From Candidatus Babeliales bacterium (lineage in GTDB: Bacteria > Babelota > Babeliae > Babelales > JBFXEV01), in the NCBI GenBank assembly GCA_050179755.1, contig JBFXEV010000001.1, forward strand, positions 521,994 to 585,993: 64,000 bases of DNA, read 5' to 3'. Shown here in pieces: positions 19,710 to 30,151 of this stretch (position 1 is the stretch's first letter; every line of letters starts with the position of its first letter). Made by a program: the position numbers and the translations under genes. The notes under the pieces are model-generated. The model did not search any database. It was not told the origin of the DNA and saw nothing but the letters and a program-made list of their open reading frames with translations.

Positions 19710-20780
19710 TTAGAATGTCATATTAAATGCAACGTACGGGCCAGTAAGTGCAAAGTTGCTTACATTATTGCGGAACGTTCTTGCAAACACACCCACAGAC
19801 GCTACCTCTGCATTAACATTTGACACTTCACTGCCCACATCTATTTGCTGTAAGGCGTTAAAGTATACGCGTGCCTCATAACCAACTTCTAAGCGAGCCG
19901 TATAAGTGCACCAGAAGCGAGCCTCATAAGCGGCACCGATTCTTTGTTCAAACACAGGTACAACAATAGTCATTTTGTCAGTTATCACTGTTTGTAAGTT
20001 AGGATAGGTTATCGGCCCAATGGGTGGCGCTGGTTGCACAGGAGATACGGAGCTAAACAAAGTATCATTTTTTCGTTTACCTATAAGAATCGCTGCTGCG
20101 AGTTTGCCAGAAAGACTTAAGCCACAAAATATATCATAGTCAAAGCAAGCGCCGAATTCAGGACCGGCACCTTTAAAACTTATGGGTGCAATTATGGAGC
20201 GCGTAGTGTTGCCATTAGTGCTTGAAAAGAAGCTGGTTGTTGTTTGTTTAAGGGAGGTAAAGTTTACACCACCAAAAAAGTGAGTTTCTAAGTTGCCAAA
20301 CTCAACAAATTGCGCAACGTTTACATGTACTGTGTTAAAATTGAATTTTGTTCGTCCTGTTGAATTTTGATAAGGTGTTGCTTCTGGTCCAATTTCAAAA
20401 AAGGGCCCTATCATGTCTGTAGGGGCAGGTGCAGTGTGAGAATTTTCTGATGTAGAATTAAAATGCTCCCAATTGATGCCTAAGCTTCTACAATCATTAA
20501 AAAGGCTTGAGCGCACGCCCAGGTCAAAGCCAAAATGATATGTAGGATGTATGTCATAAATTGTCCAACGTGGCGAAGGTGCTGGTAGCGTGGTAGCCTG
20601 TGCTGCATAATGCAAGTTGCTCGTGCTCGGCTTAAGAATCAATGCTCTAAATTGAACAGCAAACGTATAGGGAATGCTGCTTACAGAAACATTGCCACAT
20701 GGCCTACAGTCATCATAAGCACGTGCTGTGAGGGCAGGACAAACGGCGAAGGCTATTATATAATAGAGACATTTTTTCAT
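19710..20780 (-). CDS. Lpg1974-like (Legionella MOMP) outer-membrane beta-barrel
   Basis: Signal peptide, P.YHFGFDLG, F.GAGP.FG, LEVGY, C-terminal GPY..F. Confidence 0.75.
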   Translation of the reverse strand: MKKCLYYIIAFAVCPALTARAYDDCRPCGNVSVSSIPYTFAVQFRALILKPSTSNLHYAAQATTLPAPSPRWTIYDIHPTYHFGFDLGVRSSLFNDCRSLGINWEHFNSTSENSHTAPAPTDMIGPFFEIGPEATPYQNSTGRTKFNFNTVHVNVAQFVEFGNLETHFFGGVNFTSLKQTTTSFFSSTNGNTTRSIIAPISFKGAGPEFGACFDYDIFCGLSLSGKLAAAILIGKRKNDTLFSSVSPVQPAPPIGPITYPNLQTVITDKMTIVVPVFEQRIGAAYEARFWCTYTARLEVGYEARVYFNALQQIDVGSEVSNVNAEVASVGVFARTFRNNVSNFALTGPYVAFNMTF

Positions 20781-20933
20781 GTGTACTTCCTTTTTTAAGA
20801 TAGAATTTACTTGGTGGTAAGAAGTTTAGCATATTTTTTTAGTAAAAAAAGCTAGCGAGGATTGTTATATTGAGAAAATGCGTAAAATCAGCTATTATCA
20901 ATCTATTGCTCTCTTGTTATCCAAAGGACTTTT

Positions 20934-23537
20934 ATGAAAACGCTTGAGATCCGCCAGAAATTTTTTGATTTTTTTAAAAAGCATCACCATACAGAAGTGC
21001 CAAGCTCTTCACTTATTCCTGCTCAGGACCCTACACTTTTATTTGCCAATGCAGGGATGAATCAGTTTAAAGACGTATTTTTAGGTAAAGAAAAACGCAG
21101 TTATACGCGCGCGGTTTCAATACAAAAATGTATGCGCGCGGGTGGTAAACATAATGACCTTGATAACGTTGGGTTTACCAAGCGCCATCTTACATTCTTT
21201 GAAATGATGGGCAATTTCTCTTTTGGTGATTATTTTAAAAAAGACGCTATTCAGTTTGCGTGGGACTTTTTGACCAAAGAAATGGGTTTTGATCCTAATA
21301 AAATGTATGCCACTGTGTTTACTAATGATGATGAGTCGTTTGATTTATGGGCAAAGGTTCTGCCCAAAGAGCGCATCTCTCGCTTGGGCGAAGCTGATAA
21401 TTTTTGGGCAATGGGTGATACAGGCCCGTGTGGCCCTTGCACAGAAATTTTTGTTGACCGTGGCCCAAAGATTGGTTGTGGTAAAAAAGAATGTGCACCA
21501 GGATGCTCATGCGATAGATTCCTTGAAGTGTGGAATAACGTTTTTATGCAATATGACCGCCAGCTTGATGGTTCTTTGGTGCCGCTCACACAAACAGGCG
21601 TAGATACTGGTATGGGCTTTGAGCGCTTGTGTGTGATCTTAGAAAATAAAGATTCAGTATTTGAAACTGAAGTGTTCATGCCAACCATACGCCGTACTGA
21701 AGAATTGGTGGGGAAAAAATATGCAGAGCAAACAGATCTTCTTAAAGCGGCGTTTCATGTGCTTGCCGATCATATTCGTGCTTCCTGCTTTTTAATAGCC
21801 GATGGTTGTGCGCCATCAAATGATGGCCGTGGCTATGTACTGCGTAAGGTAATTCGCAGAGCAGCTCTTTTTGCGCAAAAGTTAACAGATAAAAATATTT
21901 TCCCTGAACTTGCAGATGTTATTGTTTTGCAAATGGGGCCAGTGTATCAAGAATTGGTGTCTTCTCGCGATTTGATTAAGTCAGTTTTAAAAAGTGAAAT
22001 TGAGCGGTTTGCAGCCAACTTAGTGCGCGGGCAAGCGATTCTTGAAAAGTATTTTGTAGAACAAAAAGCAAATAAGCAAATTATTGGTGAACAAGTATTT
22101 AAGCTTTATGATACGTATGGTTTCCCGCTTGAACTTGTCAAAATCATTGCACATGAGCGCGGGTTTTCAGTAGATGAATCTGGCTTTGCAAAGTTTATGG
22201 AGCAGCAGCAGCAAGAGTCTGGCAAGAAAACAAAAGATATCTTAGATCATGTGGCTTTAGATGAAAAAATTACCACTACATTTACTGGTTACGATGAGCT
22301 TGAAACATCGTCAGAAGTAGTGGCATTGATATTGGATGACAAAGTGGTAAACAGCGCTCAAAAAGGGCAAGACGTTTGGGTGTTTGCCAAAAAGTCTCCC
22401 TATTTTATTGTGGGTGGTGGGCAAGTGCCAGATGAAGGCTATTTATTGATTGATCACACCATAAAAGCACCGATCAAACAAGTGCGCTATATTGATGGCC
22501 GCATTGCAACGCTTATAGAAGCACCTAGTGAAATTAAGGTTGGTCAAAAAATCACGAGCGTGGTAGATCCGGTATGGCGTACTAACGCTATGAAAAATCA
22601 TACAGGTACTCACTTGTTGCAATCTGCGCTTATTGAAGTACTTGGAAAAACTGTCAAACAATCGGGCTCATTAGTGCACCCTGATTATTTACGTTTTGAT
22701 TTTACGTATCATCGTGCGATCACGCAAGATGAAATTAAGCGCATTGAAGAGGTGGTTAATGAAAAGATTAGAGAAAATATTCCAGTAATTATTGAATATA
22801 CTACGTTGAGTAATGCGCTCAAGAAAGGCGCGTTGGCTTTCTTTGGTGATAAATATAATCCTGAAGATGTACGCTTGGTAAACGTTGCAGACTATTCAAA
22901 TGAGCTTTGTGGCGGCACGCACGTGAATCGCACGGGCGATATTGGCATGTTTAAGATTACCGAGGAAACGGCGCTTTCTGCCGGGCATCGCCGTATTTTT
23001 GCAGTAACGGGGCCACGCGCTCTAGAGTTGTTTCAAAATACGTATGCAAGTATTAAAGAGCTTAGCCAAGAATTTAAAGTACAATTACCCGAAGTTATTG
23101 GTGCTGTTGAAAAACAACATGAACAGCTTAAGCATATGCAAGCACAGATTAAGCAACTTAAAAAACAATTGTGGCATTACCAAGTGCCAGCATGGCAAGC
23201 TGCCACTGAAGTGGTAAACAAGGTGCCTTATTTATATATTCATGTTGCAGATGTTGCATCTGATGAGCTACGAGATATTATAAGTTCATTACAACAAAAA
23301 ACTCCTGGCTTTTATGTTGCAGTAAGCGGCGTTGATAACAGCAGCAACTTTATTGCATCAGTAGCTCCCGCATTTGTTAATCGCATTGATATGAAATCAT
23401 TTGGCGCGTGGCTAAATGATACTGCTAAGTTACGTGGTGGCGGCAAGGCTGACATGTTGCAAGGAGGTGGGCCGAAAGTGGGCAAAGAGCTTGGTGGGCA
23501 GATTAAAGAATGGCTTGTAAAGAATGTTAAAAACTAG
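20934..23537 (+). CDS. alaS: Alanine--tRNA ligase
   Basis: DPTLLFANAGMNQFK, HLTFFEMMGNFSFGDYFK, editing HTGTHLL and ELCGGTH. Confidence 0.99.
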   Translation: MKTLEIRQKFFDFFKKHHHTEVPSSSLIPAQDPTLLFANAGMNQFKDVFLGKEKRSYTRAVSIQKCMRAGGKHNDLDNVGFTKRHLTFFEMMGNFSFGDYFKKDAIQFAWDFLTKEMGFDPNKMYATVFTNDDESFDLWAKVLPKERISRLGEADNFWAMGDTGPCGPCTEIFVDRGPKIGCGKKECAPGCSCDRFLEVWNNVFMQYDRQLDGSLVPLTQTGVDTGMGFERLCVILENKDSVFETEVFMPTIRRTEELVGKKYAEQTDLLKAAFHVLADHIRASCFLIADGCAPSNDGRGYVLRKVIRRAALFAQKLTDKNIFPELADVIVLQMGPVYQELVSSRDLIKSVLKSEIERFAANLVRGQAILEKYFVEQKANKQIIGEQVFKLYDTYGFPLELVKIIAHERGFSVDESGFAKFMEQQQQESGKKTKDILDHVALDEKITTTFTGYDELETSSEVVALILDDKVVNSAQKGQDVWVFAKKSPYFIVGGGQVPDEGYLLIDHTIKAPIKQVRYIDGRIATLIEAPSEIKVGQKITSVVDPVWRTNAMKNHTGTHLLQSALIEVLGKTVKQSGSLVHPDYLRFDFTYHRAITQDEIKRIEEVVNEKIRENIPVIIEYTTLSNALKKGALAFFGDKYNPEDVRLVNVADYSNELCGGTHVNRTGDIGMFKITEETALSAGHRRIFAVTGPRALELFQNTYASIKELSQEFKVQLPEVIGAVEKQHEQLKHMQAQIKQLKKQLWHYQVPAWQAATEVVNKVPYLYIHVADVASDELRDIISSLQQKTPGFYVAVSGVDNSSNFIASVAPAFVNRIDMKSFGAWLNDTAKLRGGGKADMLQGGGPKVGKELGGQIKEWLVKNVKN

Positions 23538-24342
23538 TTTTTCTCTAGCCGCTCAAGACCCTTTGATGCATTTTCCCTGCGGGAAATTACTCAGGGAGAG
23601 CGGGATTTATTGGTTATTTTTAATAAGTTTTGTTTTTGCTTTTAACTTGCTTGCCGCTCACCCTGAGTGTTCTTTGAGCGTTCAGGCGAAAGAGAAAGCA
23701 GCGAAGGGTCAAGCGGAACAAATATCTGCTGCAGCACAAGTTATGAATAAAGAAATAGAAATCAAAATACAAGTTGATGATGCGCAATTTACCTTGCTCA
23801 AGGCATGGTTGTCTGAGCATGCGGAATTTAAAGGGGCGCTGCATCACACAGAATGGTATCTTGATAATCCGCAAGACACTTTCTTCTTCACCTCGCAAGA
23901 AGGCTATAAAGATGCGCTCAAGTATTTACGTGTGCGGCACACTGAGCGGGGAGATTCGGTAGCATATAAATTGTGGCATAGAGATCCAGAAACGGGTAAA
24001 ACCACGCATTGTGATGAATATGAAACTAACGTTGAGAATGGGCAAGTAATGCTTGCGCTTTTTGCACAATTAGGTTTCTCTGAGCAAACCAAGATTGCAA
24101 AGCGTAGAGAAGCGTATGAAACTCCAGAGTTTGAAATTGCCATTGATCACATTGAAGGCCTTGGTTATTTTGTGGAAATTGAAGTGTTGCATCCTAAAGA
24201 GAATGTAAAAGAGTCACTTGCGGATATTTATGATTTCTTGAAAAGGATTGGCATCACGCGGTTTTGCAAAATAGAACGGGGGTATGTGAGTATGTTTTGG
24301 AATCCAGAATATGATTTTGGTGATTTGGTAGAGTTGAAATAA
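23524..24342 (+). CDS. CYTH family (class IV adenylate cyclase-like) protein
   Basis: EIEIK (ExExK), LRVR, K.RE.Y, D.IEGLGYFVEIE; N-terminal hydrophobic extension. Confidence 0.85.
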   Translation: MLKTSFSLAAQDPLMHFPCGKLLRESGIYWLFLISFVFAFNLLAAHPECSLSVQAKEKAAKGQAEQISAAAQVMNKEIEIKIQVDDAQFTLLKAWLSEHAEFKGALHHTEWYLDNPQDTFFFTSQEGYKDALKYLRVRHTERGDSVAYKLWHRDPETGKTTHCDEYETNVENGQVMLALFAQLGFSEQTKIAKRREAYETPEFEIAIDHIEGLGYFVEIEVLHPKENVKESLADIYDFLKRIGITRFCKIERGYVSMFWNPEYDFGDLVELK

Positions 24343-24627
24343 GTAATCTTACATCGACTTGGTTTAGAAGTTCGGACTTTTTATTTTTTCTTTGCTAACG
24401 CTGCGGACCTGCCGGTCGGGCCAAACTATTTTTCTTGTCAAAAACAGTTTGACCAAAAGACAACCAAGAACTACGTTCTTAGTAATCTCCTTGGTCGTTC
24501 GAATGTTGCCACCGCGCTGCCCCTTCGGGTCGCTTAGTGGCCATGCGAACTTAAAAAGACTTTTTACTACTCCATTTTGCGTCGATTATGTCACAAATTT
24601 TACAATACCAATTATGCTTCGAGTTTA

Positions 24628-24955
24628 AATGCCGAGTGGTGTACGGCGTTGTTCAGCGCTTTTCAGGGGCCTGTCCGCCGGAACTTTAGTGCAGGAGGAT
24701 GCGTTGAAAGAAGGTGACGCTGAGTAGTAGAAGCCACTTACCACAACCCCTTTTCTAGTAGTAATAATATCACTCTTGTTCTTTAAACTTTTTTTAACTA
24801 TGTAAAATAGGCATACTATTAACCTCTGCTCTAGAGGGGTATTTTGAAATACTATGTTACAGAAGAATTACAGGGTAATTACTACTTGCCCTTCTCTGTA
24901 AAAGTGCATGTTTTTTGAAATAGCAAGAGCTTTTATCTCTGTCCCACTCGGCATT
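24628..24955. mobile_element. Candidate MITE/IS remnant bounded by 12-bp terminal inverted repeats
   Basis: aatgccgagtgg (24628-24639) and ccactcggcatt (24944-24955); no intact ORF inside. Confidence 0.45.
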
Positions 24956-25028
24956 AATTGACAAATAGATGATTATGGTGTACTATAGTTATAGAGAAAT
25001 TGTTAATTTAACTTATTAAGGAGGTTTC

Positions 25029-25628
25029 ATGAAAACCAATATATCAATATTTATAGTTTTCTCTGCTCTAATTTTTACTCATTCCTCAATCGGTATGATT
25101 CTGCTGGAAAAAAAAGTCAAAATACGTAATTCTGATTTTGGAATGGGCAAACCATATGAAGAAAAAAAACGAAAGTTTAAACGTGAGTTTGTAGAAGCAG
25201 TTAATGATGGAAACCTACTCAAGGTTCTACATGCAAAATGCAAACTCGCAGCATGTTATGATAAAGATGATTATCAACGTGCACAAGTAGACAACAGAAG
25301 AAAGATTTTACTTAATAAAGCTGCTGCTTTCTCGAGTGTTGCCGCTGCAGCTACGCTTGCGGGTTTTGCTGTAGTGAAGCCCAGAATATGGCCAATTCTT
25401 CAATCAAGTATAACAATAGCGAGTTGTGCGGGTGCTGCGTATTATGCGAATAAAGTACATAAAATAACGCCAAAGAATGCTTTTGATCCCGAGAAAAAAT
25501 GGTTGGACAACGAATTAAAATTATTAAAAACAGCTCCCGTTCAAGCTTTTTTTGCACAACGTGAGACGGAACGTAACAAAGAGCTTATTCAATTACTTAA
25601 AGAAAAACAAACAACAAAGCATGCTTAA
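25029..25628 (+). CDS. Hypothetical protein (signal peptide plus hydrophobic hairpin)
   Basis: RBS aaggagg; 199-aa ORF. Confidence 0.7.
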   Translation: MKTNISIFIVFSALIFTHSSIGMILLEKKVKIRNSDFGMGKPYEEKKRKFKREFVEAVNDGNLLKVLHAKCKLAACYDKDDYQRAQVDNRRKILLNKAAAFSSVAAAATLAGFAVVKPRIWPILQSSITIASCAGAAYYANKVHKITPKNAFDPEKKWLDNELKLLKTAPVQAFFAQRETERNKELIQLLKEKQTTKHA

Positions 25629-25668
25629 GAACAATATGGCTATCAAATAAATATGAAATTCAAATAAG

Positions 25669-25710
25669 AAAACCCGTTCAAGATCATTATGTATCATTTG
25701 AGCGGGTTTT
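25669..25710. terminator. Bidirectional terminator
   Basis: aaaacccgttcaa...ttgagcgggtttt between convergent genes. Confidence 0.65.
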
Positions 25711-25712
25711 TA

Positions 25713-27509
25713 TTACTCTTCTATTTCAACTTCTTCTTCTTTATTAATCTCAGGTAACGATCCATCAACTTGTGCATTCCACAGTGTTTGATAAAGTCCC
25801 GGCTCTTCAATGAGCTCTTCATGAGAACCATCTTGTATAATCTGCCCTTTATCAAACACCAAAATACGGTCCATAGAAAGCAATGTAGAAAGACGATGTG
25901 CAACAACAAGTGTTGTTTTATTTTTCATGATGTCTTTAAGGCTTTCTTGTATTAACCGTTCAGTCATAGTATCAAGTGCGCTTGTGGCTTCATCAAGAAT
26001 GAGTATTGGCGCATTTTTGAGCGCCGCACGGGCAATAGACACGCGTTGGCGTTGCCCGCCAGAGAGCTTAGTGCCACGTTCACCAACCACCGTTTTATAA
26101 CCATGTGGCAGCAAATCAATAAATTCTTGTGCGTGTGCTTTTTGTGCAGCATCATATATTTGTTCTTGCGTTGCGTTAATATTGCCGTAAAGTATATTTG
26201 CGTAAATTGAGCGTGCAAAGAGAGACGTTTCTTGCGGGATAGTAGCAATCGAGCGACGCAATGATTGCTGCGTGACTTCTTTAATATTTTGTCCATCAAT
26301 TAAAATGCGGCCTGATGTGGTATCGTACATACGCAAAATAAGATTAATAAACGTTGTCTTACCGCTACCAGAATAACCAACAAGCCCCACCTTTTGACCA
26401 GGCAAAATTTCTACTGACTTATCGCGAAATAAAGGTTCGGCGCCTTTGTATTTAAAGCGCACTTGATCAAACTCTATGCGCCCTTCTTTGACCACCAACT
26501 CTTTGGCATTTGGCGCATTTTGAATTGAAATAGGCTGCGAGAACGTTGCAAGCGCCTCACCTACTCGGCCCGTATATTTTGCAAATTGAGAAAGATCTTT
26601 AGTGAGTAACCATAATGAATCAACTATTGCCGTGTTAAATGATAGCACTAGAGCAAAATCTCCCACGGAAACTGTGCCTGCTTGCCAGCCTTTGAGTAAA
26701 AAATAGAGTGAAACCGTTTGCATGAGCACAAATGAATAATCATATACGGTGAAAATAATAAAATAGATCCAGGAGAGTTTGCGCTCAGCATGAGTTGATT
26801 CAGAAAGTTCTTGATCAAGTGCATCACTTTCATAATGTTCTCTTGCAAATAAACGTACTGCAAGCATATTGGCAATCACATCTACAATACGTCCGGTTAC
26901 TCTGTTTGAAAGCGTAGACCAATCGCGGGAATATGCCTGTAGTTTATTGAGAAATAATAATGAAATAAGTATGAAAACGGTTGACCATATAAACATAGTA
27001 AGTGCAAAAGTGATGTTAACGCTCCACAGTGCAAAGACTGCAATAATGAGTGTAACGCTGTTCCATAAAAACCGATCCACAATTAGTTGAATAATGTCTG
27101 GTACATCGTAGCCAATGTTTTTTATTTGATTGGTTAAACCTCCTGCTGTTTGATCTTGAAAGAAAGTGTGACTTTGGCCAAGCAGGTAATCAAAGATATG
27201 TATGGATATTTTTTGGCGCATATCAGGAATCATCTTAATATCTATGTAATAATTATAGAGGCGATGCATAGTTGCCATGATAAGCATTTGAGCAATATAA
27301 AGAATCACCGGAATCGCCAAAAAAACAAATGGGTTTTGCCCCACGTTTGTTGCAAGGCGGTTAATAATAATTTTAAGAATATACGGCCGCACTGCCACAT
27401 CTATGGCGCGCATGAGTGTTGCGCAAATCATAATGGCGAGCGGGAACTTAAATTGACGGGCAATGTTATAAATAAACTGGAAAATATATTTGGTGCTAAC
27501 TGCTTGCAT
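25713..27509 (-). CDS. ABC transporter, fused permease/ATPase (MsbA/MdlB-like exporter)
   Basis: TMD, GYSGSGKT, LSGGQRQR, ILDEATSALD, AHRLST. Confidence 0.95.
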   Translation of the reverse strand: MQAVSTKYIFQFIYNIARQFKFPLAIMICATLMRAIDVAVRPYILKIIINRLATNVGQNPFVFLAIPVILYIAQMLIMATMHRLYNYYIDIKMIPDMRQKISIHIFDYLLGQSHTFFQDQTAGGLTNQIKNIGYDVPDIIQLIVDRFLWNSVTLIIAVFALWSVNITFALTMFIWSTVFILISLLFLNKLQAYSRDWSTLSNRVTGRIVDVIANMLAVRLFAREHYESDALDQELSESTHAERKLSWIYFIIFTVYDYSFVLMQTVSLYFLLKGWQAGTVSVGDFALVLSFNTAIVDSLWLLTKDLSQFAKYTGRVGEALATFSQPISIQNAPNAKELVVKEGRIEFDQVRFKYKGAEPLFRDKSVEILPGQKVGLVGYSGSGKTTFINLILRMYDTTSGRILIDGQNIKEVTQQSLRRSIATIPQETSLFARSIYANILYGNINATQEQIYDAAQKAHAQEFIDLLPHGYKTVVGERGTKLSGGQRQRVSIARAALKNAPILILDEATSALDTMTERLIQESLKDIMKNKTTLVVAHRLSTLLSMDRILVFDKGQIIQDGSHEELIEEPGLYQTLWNAQVDGSLPEINKEEEVEIEE

Positions 27510-27576
27510 GTGCTACCTTTTATGTAATTTCTTTCTTGGAATTACTGTAGCATAAATGACTTTATTGATTCAAGGG

Positions 27577-28932
27577 TTATAGTTTTAAGCCTTGACCAAG
27601 AATAAATCCAAGCCCTGAAAGCATTAATGAAAATAGTTCTCGTGGCATTGGAATATGAAAACTATATGCAAGTAAAAGACCAAGCGCTCCACCAAACATC
27701 GCAAATATTGCTGCATTTTTGGTAAGATTTTTAACAAAAAAACTTGCAACAAATGGCACAAATAAGCAGCATACTGAGATTTCATAACTTGCAATTAAAA
27801 TATCAACAATGTCGCTTGGTACAAAATAAGAAGCAAGAACCGCAAGCGATCCTGCAATGCATGTTACGTAGCGAGAAATTGAAAGTTGTTGCTTGTTAGT
27901 GATAGGCAAATCAAAATCTTGCATTAAATGTGAACTTATTGCGCACAATAACGAATCAGCAGTAGAAGTAATTGCAGCAATAATGCCACAGACTGCCAGT
28001 GCAAACAAAAAATCATTGGTTAGCTCGCTCATGACTACCATTAACGGGCTTGCGCCATACGGAACGCTTAGTCCTAATAATTTGGCTTGCATGCCAAAAT
28101 AGATGGGTACTAATGAAAATAAGAGCATAAACCCACTTGCAAGAAGTGCGCTTAGAGTGGCAACACGTCTATTTTTTGCCGCAAAAAAGCGTTGACCTAA
28201 ATCTTGCTCAATAAGAGAGAATAGCGCGGGCATTATTAAAATAGGCAGCAGGTCGCGTATGGTAAATACTGTGCTTGCAAATTGCTCTTGGCTTGTAAAT
28301 ATACTTTTGATGCTTCCAAATACGCCAAGTGGATGAGTAAATAAGGTTAAGAACCAAATGCCGCCGAAAGAAAGTATAATTAAAAGTACTTGTGCAATAT
28401 CGGTCATTACTACTGCTTTGAGCCCACCAATCATGGTATATAATATCACAAATGACCAAAAGCTAAGAAATATTAGTTGATTATCAATGCCTACTCCCAA
28501 AAGAAGTGATTTGCTTGCAACGATTTGACCAATTAAAAGCCCTGCCATAGTAGCAATAGAGAGAAGTGAAGCAATATATTTAAGCCGAGGCGCATGATAG
28601 CGCGTTGCAAAGAGTTCTGCTGTTGTTGCAATGTTTGCATCGCGCAAAAGGCCTGCAAACCCAAAGCCTAAAATTAAAAAGCCAATGCTCATGCTTAGCG
28701 TATACATGATACCAAAGATGCCCATGGTATATGCTTTGCTTGCAGTGCCCAAGAGCATGCCACCACCCACTTGCGTAGCAATAAGCGTAAAGGTAACTGA
28801 GGCAATGCCTAAGTCTCTACTTGCAAGAAAGTAATCTGAGGTGGTGGTTACCTTGCGTGAGGCGTAGAGGCCAACGCATAAATAGATAAGTGATAATATG
28901 CCAAAGAGCGCGAGGAACAGAATTTCGTTCAT
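27577..28932 (-). CDS. Sodium:solute symporter family protein
   Basis: DYFLASR, YTMIGGLKAVVMTD, QRFFAAK, AAITSTADS; many TMs. Confidence 0.92.
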   Translation of the reverse strand: MNEILFLALFGILSLIYLCVGLYASRKVTTTSDYFLASRDLGIASVTFTLIATQVGGGMLLGTASKAYTMGIFGIMYTLSMSIGFLILGFGFAGLLRDANIATTAELFATRYHAPRLKYIASLLSIATMAGLLIGQIVASKSLLLGVGIDNQLIFLSFWSFVILYTMIGGLKAVVMTDIAQVLLIILSFGGIWFLTLFTHPLGVFGSIKSIFTSQEQFASTVFTIRDLLPILIMPALFSLIEQDLGQRFFAAKNRRVATLSALLASGFMLLFSLVPIYFGMQAKLLGLSVPYGASPLMVVMSELTNDFLFALAVCGIIAAITSTADSLLCAISSHLMQDFDLPITNKQQLSISRYVTCIAGSLAVLASYFVPSDIVDILIASYEISVCCLFVPFVASFFVKNLTKNAAIFAMFGGALGLLLAYSFHIPMPRELFSLMLSGLGFILGQGLKL

Positions 28933-29447
28933 GAGCGTAATTGCTCTTCAATAAGAGCAAGTGCTTTGCCAATCATAGCATCAATAGCATCTTGTTTTTC
29001 AGTAAATGGCTTGAGTACATAATCAGGCACTTGCTCGCGCTCAGCTGGTCGCCCTATGCCCACGCGAATTCTGCCAAAATCTTCTCCTCCATGCGTAATA
29101 ATTGAGCGTAAACCATTATGCCCCTTTGCACTACCACCCAGGCGATAGTTTACGCTGCCAAAAGGTTTTTCAAGTTCGTCATGTACCACTAAAATATCAG
29201 GTTGTTTAATACCTTTTTTATGTAAATAAGGCATTACTTTGCCTGAGTCATTCATAAAGGTCGTTGGTTTTATAAGAATGATAGGCATATTATTAATTTG
29301 AACGATACATTCATCAAAAAGATCTTTTGATGACCAACGGCCATTATATTGATTGGCCAATGCATCAACTACTTGAAAACCAATGTTATGGCGTGTTGCA
29401 TAAAATTTAGGGCCGGGGTTACCCAGCCCTATGATTGCTTTGATCAT
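28929..29447 (-). CDS. pth: Peptidyl-tRNA hydrolase
   Basis: IGLGNPG..TRHNIGF, KPTTFMN.SG, HDEL, GHNGLRS, RIRVGIGRP. Confidence 0.97.
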   Translation of the reverse strand: MIKAIIGLGNPGPKFYATRHNIGFQVVDALANQYNGRWSSKDLFDECIVQINNMPIILIKPTTFMNDSGKVMPYLHKKGIKQPDILVVHDELEKPFGSVNYRLGGSAKGHNGLRSIITHGGEDFGRIRVGIGRPAEREQVPDYVLKPFTEKQDAIDAMIGKALALIEEQLRS

Positions 29448-29455
29448 TGAATAAA

Positions 29456-30067
29456 TTATGATTTTGCAGGTGTTGCTGGCTTTGCAGCAGGTTTTACCGC
29501 TGGTTTATAATTGCTATTAAGCTCGTCAACTATCATTTGTGTGATATCGATGCGGTCTGCAACAAATATGGTGCTACCAGCAAGCACAACGTCAATGCCA
29601 AGATTCTTGGCGATTTTTTGCGTGGTAGTTTCAATTTTCTTGAGCATATCCATTTGTGCCATTTGAGCGCGTTGCTGAGGAATTTCTTGCGCCGCTTGTT
29701 GTTCAATCATAATTTCATTTTTAAGTGACAATAGCTTCTTTTGTCTTTTTTCGCGAGCTTCACCACTTAATACGTTTGCGCCAGCACCACTTAATTCTGA
29801 TTCAATTTTTTGTTTTTCAGATTCCATAGCCTGAATGTTTGCTATACGCTTTTCCATGTCAGCTTTAATTGATTGTTGAAGATCAGCGCCTTCTTTTGAT
29901 TTATCAAATACAGCATAGATATCTACCACTGCAATTTTTACATTAGTAAAGTCTTTTTTAGAAGTCGCAGCACTTGTTGCGGGTTTAGGTGTATCTACAG
30001 CCATTGCCGGGCACGTGGCAACAGTAACAAGTGATAATGCCGTTATTGAATAGAGAAGTTTTTTCAT
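29456..30067 (-). CDS. skp: OmpH/Skp periplasmic chaperone
   Basis: Signal peptide, KIAVVD, coiled coil, DITQ.IV..LN. Confidence 0.8.
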   Translation of the reverse strand: MKKLLYSITALSLVTVATCPAMAVDTPKPATSAATSKKDFTNVKIAVVDIYAVFDKSKEGADLQQSIKADMEKRIANIQAMESEKQKIESELSGAGANVLSGEAREKRQKKLLSLKNEIMIEQQAAQEIPQQRAQMAQMDMLKKIETTTQKIAKNLGIDVVLAGSTIFVADRIDITQMIVDELNSNYKPAVKPAAKPATPAKS

Positions 30068-30151
30068 AAAAGTCCTTTGAGAATATTATTGTATAGATTT
30101 ATTGTAACTCAAAGGGTTATTTCGTCAATTTTTGGTTCACTCATTGTGCTA

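Noticed and set aside
24361..24385. RNase P RNA (AAAGTCCG on minus strand)
   Set aside because: Lacks GAGGAAAGTCC context and the 3' conserved motif; would run into the CYTH gene
24392..24628. 78-aa ORF
   Set aside because: TTG start, no RBS, overlaps palindromic sequence
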